From positions 1-63,593 of the forward strand of contig FLMG01000833.1 of assembly GCA_900088475.1 (NCBI GenBank): DNA of 63,593 nt, read 5' to 3'. This stretch comes from Hyphochytrium catenoides. Taxonomy: Eukaryota > Protista > Hyphochytriomycota. This document shows, piece by piece, positions 48,489-58,333 of the stretch (position 1 is its first letter; each line of letters starts with the position of its first letter). The notes beneath the pieces were generated by a model that ran no database searches, was not told where the DNA came from, and saw only the letters and a list, made by a program, of their open reading frames with translations. The position numbers and the translations under genes are program-made.

Positions 48489-50477
48489 ATGATGGCGATC
48501 TCTTCCTCTCGGCGTTGGAATACCCGATGGGTGCTAGTCCTTCTAGCAGCCCTCTGTCTATGCTTGACCGCGCACACTTTGGCACAAGGCACGCCTACCG
48601 ATGCACCAACTGATGCACCTACCGATGCACCAACTAATGCTCCTACCGATGCTCCAACTGATGCACCTACCGATGCTCCTACCGATGCACCTACCAACGC
48701 TCCAACTGATGCACCAACTGATGCACCAACTGATGCACCAACTGACGCACCTACCGATGCACCAACTGATGCACCTACCGATGCACCAACTGATGCTCCT
48801 ACCCATGCTCCTACCGATGCTCCAACTGATGCTCCTACCGATGCTCCTACTGATGCTCCAACTGATGCACCTACCGATGCACCAACTGATGCTCCTACCG
48901 ATGCACCTACCGATGCTCCAACTGATGCTCCTACCGATGCACCAACCGATGCACCAACTGATGCTCCTACTGATGCACCAACTGATGCACCAACTGATGC
49001 CCCTACCGATGCCCCTACCGATGCTCCAACTGATGCTCCTACCGATGCACCAACCGATGCACCAACTGATGCTCCAACTAATGCACCAACTGATGCTCCA
49101 ACTGATGCTCCAACTGATGCACCAACTGATGCTCCAACTGATGCACCTACCGATGCTCCAACTGATGCACCTACCGATGCCCCTACCGATGCTCCAACTG
49201 ATGCTCCTACCGATGCACCAACTGATGCTCCTACCGATGCTCCAACTGATGCACCAACTGATGCTCCAACTGATGCTCCAACTGATGCACCAACTGATGC
49301 ACCAACTGATGCACCAACTGATGCTCCAACTGATGCACCTACCGATGCTCCAACTGACGCACCTACCGATGCACCAACTGATGCTCCTACCAATGCTCCA
49401 ACTGATGCACCAACTGACGCACCTACCGATGCACCAACTGATGCACCAACCGATGCACCAACTGATGCTCCTACCGATGCACCAACTGATGCTCCAACTG
49501 ATGCTCCTACCGATGCACCAACTGATGCTCCTACCGATGCTCCTACCGATGCGCCAACAGATGCTCCAACGGACGCACCTACCGATGCACCAACTGATGC
49601 TCCTACCGATGCACCTACCGATGCACCAACTGATGCACCAACTGACGCTCCTACCGATGCTCCAACTGATGCTCCTACCGATGCACCTACCGATGCACCA
49701 ACTGATGCACCAACTGACGCTCCTACCGATGCTCCTACCGATGCTCCTACCGATGCTCCAACTGATGCACCAACTGATGCTCCTACCGATGCACCAACTG
49801 ATGCACCAACTGATGCCCCTACCGATGCTCCTACCGATGCTCCTACCGATGCTCCAACTGATGCACCAACTGACGCTCCTACCGATGCACCAACTGATGC
49901 CCCTACCGATGCTCCTACCGATGCCCCTACCGATGCTCCTACCGATGCTCCTACCGATGCACCAACTGATGCACCAACTGATGCTCCTACCGATGCACCA
50001 ACTGATGCACCAACTGATGCACCAACTGATGCTCCTACCGATGCACCAACTGATGCTCCTACCGATGCACCAACTGATGCTCCAACTGATGCTCCTACCG
50101 ATGCACCAACTGACGCACCAACTGATGCTCCTACCGATGCACCAACTGATGCTCCTACCGATGCACCTACCGATGCTCCTACCGATGCACCAACTGATGC
50201 ACCTACCGATGCACCAACTGATGCTCCAACTGATGCACCAACTGATGCACCAACTACCGCACCTACTGAGGCACCCACCACTAAAGTACCCACCTCAGCT
50301 CCTACCACCATGGCACCAACTACCGCAGCTCCTACTCCTTCAGTTACCACTGTTGTTACTCCGACTCTTGGTACCGGTAGCGAGAAATCTGGGTCAGGGA
50401 AGGCGTACTCTGCAAACACCGCCTCAACCACAGTCTTGGGTCTGGCTTCAATCCTGGCCTATCTCTTTACTGCCTAG
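48489..50477 (+). CDS. Secreted, probably GPI-anchored mucin/procyclin-like surface protein made of 138 PTDA tetrapeptides (PT-repeat type)
   Basis: Signal peptide (WVLVLLAALCLCLTAHTLA-QG), 552-aa repeat, Thr-rich stalk, small-residue region plus hydrophobic C-terminus (SANTASTTVLGLASILAYLFTA*). Repeat variation is almost all synonymous in this frame. Confidence 0.9.
   Translation: MMAISSSRRWNTRWVLVLLAALCLCLTAHTLAQGTPTDAPTDAPTDAPTNAPTDAPTDAPTDAPTDAPTNAPTDAPTDAPTDAPTDAPTDAPTDAPTDAPTDAPTHAPTDAPTDAPTDAPTDAPTDAPTDAPTDAPTDAPTDAPTDAPTDAPTDAPTDAPTDAPTDAPTDAPTDAPTDAPTDAPTDAPTDAPTDAPTNAPTDAPTDAPTDAPTDAPTDAPTDAPTDAPTDAPTDAPTDAPTDAPTDAPTDAPTDAPTDAPTDAPTDAPTDAPTDAPTDAPTDAPTDAPTDAPTDAPTDAPTNAPTDAPTDAPTDAPTDAPTDAPTDAPTDAPTDAPTDAPTDAPTDAPTDAPTDAPTDAPTDAPTDAPTDAPTDAPTDAPTDAPTDAPTDAPTDAPTDAPTDAPTDAPTDAPTDAPTDAPTDAPTDAPTDAPTDAPTDAPTDAPTDAPTDAPTDAPTDAPTDAPTDAPTDAPTDAPTDAPTDAPTDAPTDAPTDAPTDAPTDAPTDAPTDAPTDAPTDAPTDAPTDAPTDAPTDAPTDAPTDAPTDAPTDAPTDAPTDAPTDAPTDAPTDAPTDAPTDAPTDAPTDAPTTAPTEAPTTKVPTSAPTTMAPTTAAPTPSVTTVVTPTLGTGSEKSGSGKAYSANTASTTVLGLASILAYLFTA
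48594..50249 (+). repeat. Coding minisatellite, 12-bp unit x138 (CCWACY GAT GCW)
   Basis: Directly visible; 1656 bp / 12. Confidence 0.98.
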
Positions 50478-53400
50478 AAATTCTCAATCAAATATAGCCC
50501 ACATACTTTCGTCTTCGTAGGAGGACATCCCCAATAAATTATCTTTGCCAAGAGCCTCGTCTCTTTATTATCTTATCTTACAATCAACGCCCGTCCATAT
50601 GACTGTGCGAGCATGCCTGATGTCACTACGATGAATGCCACTACTAACTGCTGCTGCCTCTGGCAAACCCAGCACTACCACCACCATTAGCATTATTGAG
50701 TTCGAGGTTGCTTACATCGATAAGCTGCAACAACAACCATCTAATAAACAGCCTGACCTCAGCCTCTTGCTTGGTGATGGTGGTATCAGAGAAGTGGTAG
50801 ATGGTTGGGATACCAAGTAAAGTAGTGCTAACACGCCCCGTCTATAGAATGACCTAAAAACCCATCATCAGTTATCTCCCTGAGGAGTATGATGATGGAA
50901 ATAACAAAGTGACAGTGATGGTGGTTTTCAGATCTTTCGCATCTTGATTGACGATGAGGACAACTTATATAGCGTAAGGCCCTCTACTGTTAAGCTAACT
51001 CCTATCCACCGCTACGAATAGGCGGTTGTTCGGCAACTTGCTGCCACTACTGGCGTCATCATTAAAGGTTCTTTATCAAAAGAGGGACATAAGACTAGAC
51101 GACAGGCCTTCGTGATCGGTTGCAACAGGCTGAGGCGTTGGCGATAAAATGTTATACAATGTCATCATCTCCCCTTTTGGAGGTTGGGACACTTCCTGGC
51201 CGCGTAGCGTGCTTGAATGAAAAGTGGTGTCAAGCTGCATTGAGAACATTTGCGCCTCGCTTGAACCAACCGCTCTGAGAGCTTTTCCAAACTAAGTAGT
51301 CGCAGAGGTATAGTGAACCCAGTCAATGGCTTGCTCTGCTATAAGAAGAATGGCATGGCACGATAGATAGCCTGGTTGAAGAGTAGTAGTAAGAGGTGTC
51401 TCCTCTGAAGAAGCCTTTGTTTAGGTCTCTTACTGCCAAGTGCTGCTCGATACCTTCGATGTGCCGGCTTGGTTCTTCTAAGAGTTAGCTTAGGTGTCTG
51501 GCAAACCTTATAGATAGTGATGGCAGTTGCAACGTCAATTGGGGGATGTCAATTGTTGATAGTGGTGCCCATGGGACGCTATTATGCCTCAGTTACCAGT
51601 GACAGCAATAGGAACAAATAGAATTTTGGACCATTTCAGTGTCAGCATCTAGTGCCGCAACGAAAATACTTCAGGGGTTCCTCCTCCTCATTGTCAGCCT
51701 TGCTCCGGTCTCCAAGCAAAGTTCCCTTCGCACGTCTGGTTGGTAGCCAACAGAGGGCCCCAGACCCTTGGAAGGCAGTTATGGAAACATTGACCAACTG
51801 CTAATCGTTTAGTCCCGAGGATGCAAGATGGCGCAAGTCCATAGAGCTGCCTCAATAGATACGCTGCGATAGATCTGTGGCATTAGGTCCGTTCTACTAC
51901 CCTTTCTTCGAGGACTACAGGGCGCACTTCAGGCTTCTCAGGGAGATATCTGGCTTCTTCTCCACAAGCACGTTCCAGGGTACCGATACTAGAGACTACT
52001 CGCTCTATGTCGCGAACGCAAATACCAATCAGTGGTGTTCTGACGCCTTAGAGAGCCGTGCTGCGGTGCCTCGCCCCTGCCTGAAGACTGAGAGAGATTT
52101 TCTCCTGCTTCATACTTTTTAGGCACTCAATGATGCAGGCTGGTTGCACCTTCAGCCTTAGCAGGGTGAGAATCTTGCGGATATGTTTCGACAACAAAAA
52201 AGGGGGTAAGCGAGGTGCAGGAGAGAGTGCTTTTAGAGACTACGATGTATAGCGCACTAATAGAAGAGTGAGGATGGCTTACGATTTCAAAAGCGTCACG
52301 GTCCAGACCGAAGCCCGTCTGCTGAAGGAGGTCCCAGAGTTCGCCATCTGAGCAGCACAAGCAATCGACAGTGATTCCAAGTCAGCATTCAAGTATTAAG
52401 GTTTATTGTCGGAAGAGAGTGAACAATATATCAGCCTCTGGTCTACATTGTTCTTACCGTATTCCTTGGGGTTATAGATCCCTGAAAAGGACATCTGCAC
52501 GCTCTGAGAAGGAGTGCCGAGGGCCAGCTATTTCCTTAAATATCGGCTCTCCCTGAGACAAATAGTCCGACAATAAAACTGCCTTGGCCTTACAGCTGGC
52601 AAAAGGAGTCCGGTCCGTCGGCAATCCAAGACAACCAACAAATCAACATTGACGCGCGTTCACGAGGAATATTGAGCTTCTAAGATCTCCCAATGACAGA
52701 TAGAGTGCTGCCGCAGTGTCAGATCTCTGGATCTAATAACAGAGCTTTGGGGTGAATCTGCATCAGCATCTTCATCTAGGTTCCTCGTAGAGCTTGAACT
52801 GGCAAAAGAAAAAGCGCGTAACTCTTTTTGCAGCACATTCTTAGGAAGCGGTTAACGGTACTATGAGAGGGTAGGTTAACGCTTTCAGAACGTAAAATTG
52901 GGTTGTCTGTCTATTGTCCAACTACTGGGTGCTACTACTACGGCAGGAAAACAGCTTTCACCATATAAAGAGGAGCCTAAGGAGTGTATTACTATGTCGC
53001 TGATCCTCCACCTCTTGTACTCGATCAACCTCAAGTTACTACTACTTCCATCACACTGCCAGATAAACCCGTCATTGCCTTTGGTATTAGCCTCATATTA
53101 CTATACATTGGCTCCCACCCACACTATCTTCCTCGAAAGATTCTTTATGTGCCTGACCGTGTGGCGTTTTCCTAGATGTATTTGCTCTTTGAATCCTTCT
53201 CAGACTTTCCCTGTGCGACATAAGAGTCTTTCAGCCCACCCACCCCTCCCGGCTGGGAAGAATACACACAGGACAAGGACTAGGATCAGAGGTGTAAGAC
53301 AGAGGACGGGTACCGGGAGACAGAGAGTCTAAGAGTGAATGTAAATAAACCGCCTTTAAGGTACATAACCAACAGAAAGAATATCGAAGTTATACACCTC

Positions 53401-53709
53401 GTCATGCTTGAGATTTATCGCTATGTAGAGAGGTGCAGAGGAGGGAATTTGAGAGTTTTGAAGGGCAAAAGGCGGAGAAATTCTGAAGTGCTCAAGAAAA
53501 GCCCGCCGCCCCGCCCCGTCCATCTGCCGCTTGTCAGCCCTGGCTGGCCACTTGTGCTGAACTGACTGAGGTGAGCGCTTCAGACGGCAGATCTCAGGCC
53601 TCCATCATTCACTGACTTTCACTCCTGCAGTGCGGAGAAGAATACTGACTTGTGCAACTACGAACGACTCGTAGGGCGTCACCCTTATTATCTACCTTTC
53701 TCTATCACA

Positions 53710-54573
53710 ATGGCTGCAGTTCACTTCAAGGACCTCGGCAAGACTGCCAACGACCTCCTGAATGATGATTATGACTTCTTCCGTAAGATCAAGGTCACCA
53801 CCAAGACCTCCGAGGGTGTTCAGTTTACTACTGAGGGCACCATGACTGGGGAGGGCAGCTCTAAGGCTATCCTTGGAAAGATTAACGCTTCCTTCAAGCA
53901 CTATAGTGGCATCAACTTCAAGAAGCTTCAGTTCACCACTCATGGCCGCTTCATTGGTGAGGCTGAGGTCGCTGATGTCGGTGCCAAGGGACTGAAGGTC
54001 ATCTTCAAGGCTGAGGATGGAGCCAACAAGAACTCAGCCAACAAGAGATACACTGCTTCAGCAAAGTTCGGCATTGACTACCTTACTGGACCTCTGGCGG
54101 CGTCCACAGAGGCCGATTTTGTCAACAGCAAGCTTAATGCGAGCGCTGTCTATGGCTATGAGAGATTCCTAGTCGGTGCTGGCGCCACGGTTGACACCGA
54201 CAAGAGTGCATTGAGCGATGTCAACGTTGGTGTTGGTTACCATGGTCCTGACTACAGAGTGGCAGTGAAGACCGCCAACTCCATGAACGTTGTTCTCGCC
54301 AGCTACGATCATAGATTGAGCCCTGAGGTCCATGCTGCTGCTCGCATCTCACACAACATTGCCAAGCAGACTCAGGTACTTAGCCTTGGCGGCAAGTATA
54401 CTCCTGACCTTGACACCACCCTTAAGGGCAAGGTCGACACCGAGGGTATCGTGTCTCTCGCAGTTATTAGCAGAGTTTCCAAGAACACCAAGCTTTCTCT
54501 CGCAACAGAGATTGATGCCAAGAACCTTGAGGGTGACTCACACAAGTTTGGTGTTGGCATCCAGCTTGGTTAA
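53710..54573 (+). CDS. VDAC: Mitochondrial outer-membrane porin (VDAC); single coding exon, probable 5'-UTR intron 53571-53630
   Basis: MAAVHFKDLGKTANDLLNDDY N-terminal helix; alternating beta strands; GGKYTPDLDTTLKGKVDTEGIVSL; C-terminal HKFGVGIQLG beta signal. Confidence 0.96.
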   Translation: MAAVHFKDLGKTANDLLNDDYDFFRKIKVTTKTSEGVQFTTEGTMTGEGSSKAILGKINASFKHYSGINFKKLQFTTHGRFIGEAEVADVGAKGLKVIFKAEDGANKNSANKRYTASAKFGIDYLTGPLAASTEADFVNSKLNASAVYGYERFLVGAGATVDTDKSALSDVNVGVGYHGPDYRVAVKTANSMNVVLASYDHRLSPEVHAAARISHNIAKQTQVLSLGGKYTPDLDTTLKGKVDTEGIVSLAVISRVSKNTKLSLATEIDAKNLEGDSHKFGVGIQLG

Positions 54574-54891
54574 GCGGTTGACAAGATTGCTTTGGAAGGA
54601 GGCTGCCAGGTTGTATCTCTTTTTTAGGTTGACAGATGCGTAGGATCACTTCCTGGTAGCCGGTTTTCTTAGAAGAAGAGCGGATGAATCGCAAAGTGTA
54701 CGGCTCCCCATAACTCTTGAAGAGGGAAAAGAGAGAGAGCTATACTAGGCAGATGAGTGAATAATAAATATCAACATATTGGAAAAGGACTCCATATGAA
54801 GAGATCGGCTTATTCTAACGGTGGCAGATATGTAAGGTCATGCCCCAGACCCTGTCGCAAAGGCGAGCTAGACCCAGCTAAAAGCATCTAC

Positions 54892-57063
54892 TCATCGAGA
54901 CTTCTCCTTGCTTTCTTCTTCACCTGAGGGCGCGGCTTCTTCTCCTTCTTGCTTACCACCTCCCTGTTAAGTCCAAGTAGGCAGCGTTAAGCGGTAGATG
55001 GTACAAGTGGCACGGTAAGCAAGGCTTGAAAGGAGGGCGTACCGTGCTGTCAGGGTTGCTCATGAAGAGATCCCCTTCGAGGATGCCAACCACTTTGTGC
55101 GCCGTCGGGTGGTCCAGCTGGGACAGGATGATCCGTAGAATCGCTAACAGCGGGACCGATAGAAAAGCACCAGGAGTCGCCCTTGAGGAGAAAGGAGTCT
55201 CAGCATTTTATTTCCCTCAGACACAAGCACTTCCAAAACCCTTACCAGATAATGGTCCAGAACCCCAACGCTAGCATAACGATAATCGGATGCAGATCCA
55301 GCTGGTCACCAAAGTACTAGGAATTTTTACAAAGATAGCTGTCAGCACAGATCACAGCTGTGGCGTGAACCGCTGCCGTCATACCTGAGGCTCGAAGAAA
55401 TTTCCCCATGCGAAGTGAATGGTGCCAGGAAGGGCTATTGCTAATGCCTATATAACAGCGAAATAGTCGGTTAGGGTCTGCTTTGTTAGCCTTTGCCTTC
55501 CCTAGCCATGCTCTTCATGCTCCTTCACGTGCCTCTCATTCATAACCCCCGACTCCTCCGCTCGGACTCACCTGTGTCCACGGACTCAACCTAGGATCAA
55601 AAACAACGAGAGGCAGCGGTGCCAGTGTCGAGAACAGCGCGCCTACATTTGGAATATAGTTGCAAAAGAAGGCTACGACTCCAAATAACCCTGCCACTTG
55701 CACGCCTAGAAGCCACAGAGTCACACCGACAATGAAGCCCATGGCCACACTCAGCATTGTCTTCAATCGAATATAGTTCTGTCAACACTGGTAAGCAAAC
55801 ACCTTACGGCACGCAGTGTTATCGACGACAGCTTTCGGACCTTGACATCCTCAGTGATACGCGGCCAAGCACCCTCTCCCGGTCGAAGAGGGTAGATGAG
55901 GAGGAATAGCAGGAACGCCAGAGTCAAGAAAGTGACTTCTGCAAAGTTCAGCGACCACGAGACGATGCTTCCGGCGATGTTCTTCACGAGAGTGATGAGG
56001 TAGGGTACCAAGTCATTGTCGAAGTCTAAGTCCAGCCTCTGGAGGATTCGCTGTACGGGAGCAACCGGAAACAAGCAGTCATTTAGCTGTCTGCTGCAGA
56101 GGAGTTCTTATGACGGGGAATTATCGTGATACCTTAAGCTCTGCCTGCATCTTCGTAGCCATGTCTTCGTATCTGGGGCGAACAAGCAACAGCCCAAGTC
56201 AGCATGAGAGCAATAAACAAGTGAGATGGGCATGAGAACAGGCGCTCTATCCCACTGGACCAGCAAAGGCGCCGAGAGGCCAAAAGTGACAGATGAGGCA
56301 ATGAAGAGCGTAAAACTAGGCAAGAAGTAGAGTCAGAGCAGAGTTATAGGTGGTAGCTCTCATAGCGAGAGACCGACTTACGGTCCGAGATGGTTTAGCA
56401 GGTACGTAACCTGGTTAGTGACGTAGGCCACAAACACCATGATGACGGAGAGTACCAGGAAGATAGAGACTAGGATAGCTATCCATCGAGGGATTCTCTT
56501 AACGAGTAAGGAGCTGGCCAAGCGTCTAAAGAATCGGTGGAGGTAGCTGCCCGTTTCCGCCTAAGGACCGATACAAGTAGGTCAGCGTTAGGATAAAGTG
56601 GGAGGGCGAACAGAGGGAAAGGGAAGGCTTAAGCAGGGTTTGGCACCTGATTCTGACGAGTAGGTTCTGAGCTTGTGCTCAATAGTGGCACATTCTCTCG
56701 GCTAGAGCCCCTCGTACTATCGCGCTTCTCTTCTTCAAGATCCGCGTCCCTTTCGGGAGAGGCCGGATGTCCTCCCGGTATTGCGTTTCTCCTGATCTTG
56801 TTGATGCAGGAAGCGAGTAGCTGTGGAGCGTCGCAAAGTTGGTCGACCATAGGATTCACCAAGAAGTAGAGTAGAAGTGCGAAGCAGAAGGGTATCAAGA
56901 GCTCGGAGAGCCACTGCAGCAGCTTGCAGAGAGCTACAAAGGCAATGACCATCGCACAGAAGACAAGGGTCTGAATCTCCTTTTCATAGTGCTTATCAAG
57001 CCAAGGCTGTCCGCTTGAACTCTCCGACCGCGCGGTGCGTTGCTGCGAAGGTCGAATAGACAT
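54892..57063 (-). CDS. AI-2E (PerM/TqsA, UPF0118) family transporter, multi-exon
   Basis: LLQWLSELLIPFCFALLLYFLVNPMVD; YIRLKTMLSVAMGFIVGVTLWLLGVQVAGLFGVVAFFCNYIPNVGALFSTLAPLP; GNFFEPQ|YFGDQLDLHPIIVMLALGFWTIIW|..PGAFLSVPLLAILRIIL. Confidence 0.9.
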
Positions 57064-57669
57064 TTAGGGATAATGGGGCTAACGAAGCTACTCAAAAGCG
57101 CAGGCGAGTTCTTTGAGGCACAGCCTGTGAAGATCTGGAGGCTATGCTTTAGCGCTAGCAGCAGATGGTCAGGTATGTAGCTCTGCGAACTGACGACGGC
57201 ACAATAGGGGGTGAACTCTTAGCCATCAAAGCCAGCAAGCACAAGCTGGCAATCTTATCTTAACAGCAATGACTAATGTCGCCTTCTTCAGACGCTAGAA
57301 CTTTATCTGTGTGGGAGCCATGGCTTGGGCCCATCAGGCCACGGCTTGATAGGCTGATAGGGAAGGCAGTTGAAGGGCGAACACAAGGATGGAGCCAGTG
57401 AAGCGTGCAGAGGCACATAAGGACGGTGGATCAGAAGCAGCAGCGTGGTAACTTCTTCAAGCAGAAGCAGAAGAGGAAGTCCAGCAGGGAGGAGAGGAGA
57501 GGAAAGATCTTCTTGGGGGTGGATGTTTGTGCTTAAGAATCAGATCAGATGTGAATCAGTTAGCTAATCATCAATATTGGTAATCACTTGGGCTTTTAAC
57601 CAATGGTTTGAAGTTCGTGGGGAAGGTCAGGTTAGGTTACTGCGAGGCATCCACTTCATCCATCACATC

Positions 57670-58022
57670 ATTCCTCTCTCTCTCTCTCTTCTCTCTCTTG
57701 TTTCATTCTCTCTCTCTCTCTTCTCTCTCTTGTTTCATTCGCTCTCTCTCTCCTCTCTCTTGTTTCATTCTCTCTCTCTCTCTTCTCTCTCTTGTTACAT
57801 TCTCTCTCTCTCTTCTCTCTCTTGTTTCATTCTCTCTCTCTCTCTTCTCTCTCTTGTTTCATTCTCTCTCTCTCTCTCTCTTCTCTTTTTCTCTCTCTCG
57901 TTCTCTCTCTCTCTCTCTTCTTCCTCTTGTCTCCTGTTTTTTTTTCTCTCTCCCTCTCCCTCGCTCTCGCTCGCTCGCCTCTTCTTCCTTTCTCGCTTTG
58001 TTCCTCTCTCTCGCTCACTCTG
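57670..58022. repeat. CT-rich tract containing six copies of a 30-32 bp unit anchored by TTGTTTCATTC
   Basis: Anchors at about 57698, 57730, 57760, 57792 (variant), 57822 and 57854. Confidence 0.9.
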
Positions 58023-58333
58023 ATTCAAGCCATGACATCTCTCCTCCTCTCTTGCAATCAATCACATCCTCTCTGCCTGAACTCATTGCCGCCTCCTCTA
58101 TCATCCGGGCCCCTTCTTCCCTCTTTTTGTCTCTCTCTGCCTTGAACGTCTCCAGCTTTATCAACACTGATTGATGCTGATGATAAACCTCTAATAGTAC
58201 CTTGAGAGAGACAGCGATCCTGCTCTTGCAGTTGACATTCTGCGCTTAACCTCTCCGCGGTCCCAGCCATCGCTCGAGACTCACCCTCTTCCCTCTTTAT
58301 TGATCCCTGTCCGAGCCTCAACCAGTTGGCATC

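Noticed and set aside
48594-50249. CRISPR-like array
   Set aside because: Contiguous tandem units with no unique spacers, no cas genes, eukaryotic context.
48389-50520. 639-aa (MHQL/MLLP) alternative-frame ORF and 680-aa antisense (VGAS)n ORF
   Set aside because: Both follow automatically from a stop-free 12-bp unit. Only the PTDA frame has a signal peptide and anchor signal, and variation is non-synonymous in the MHQL frame.
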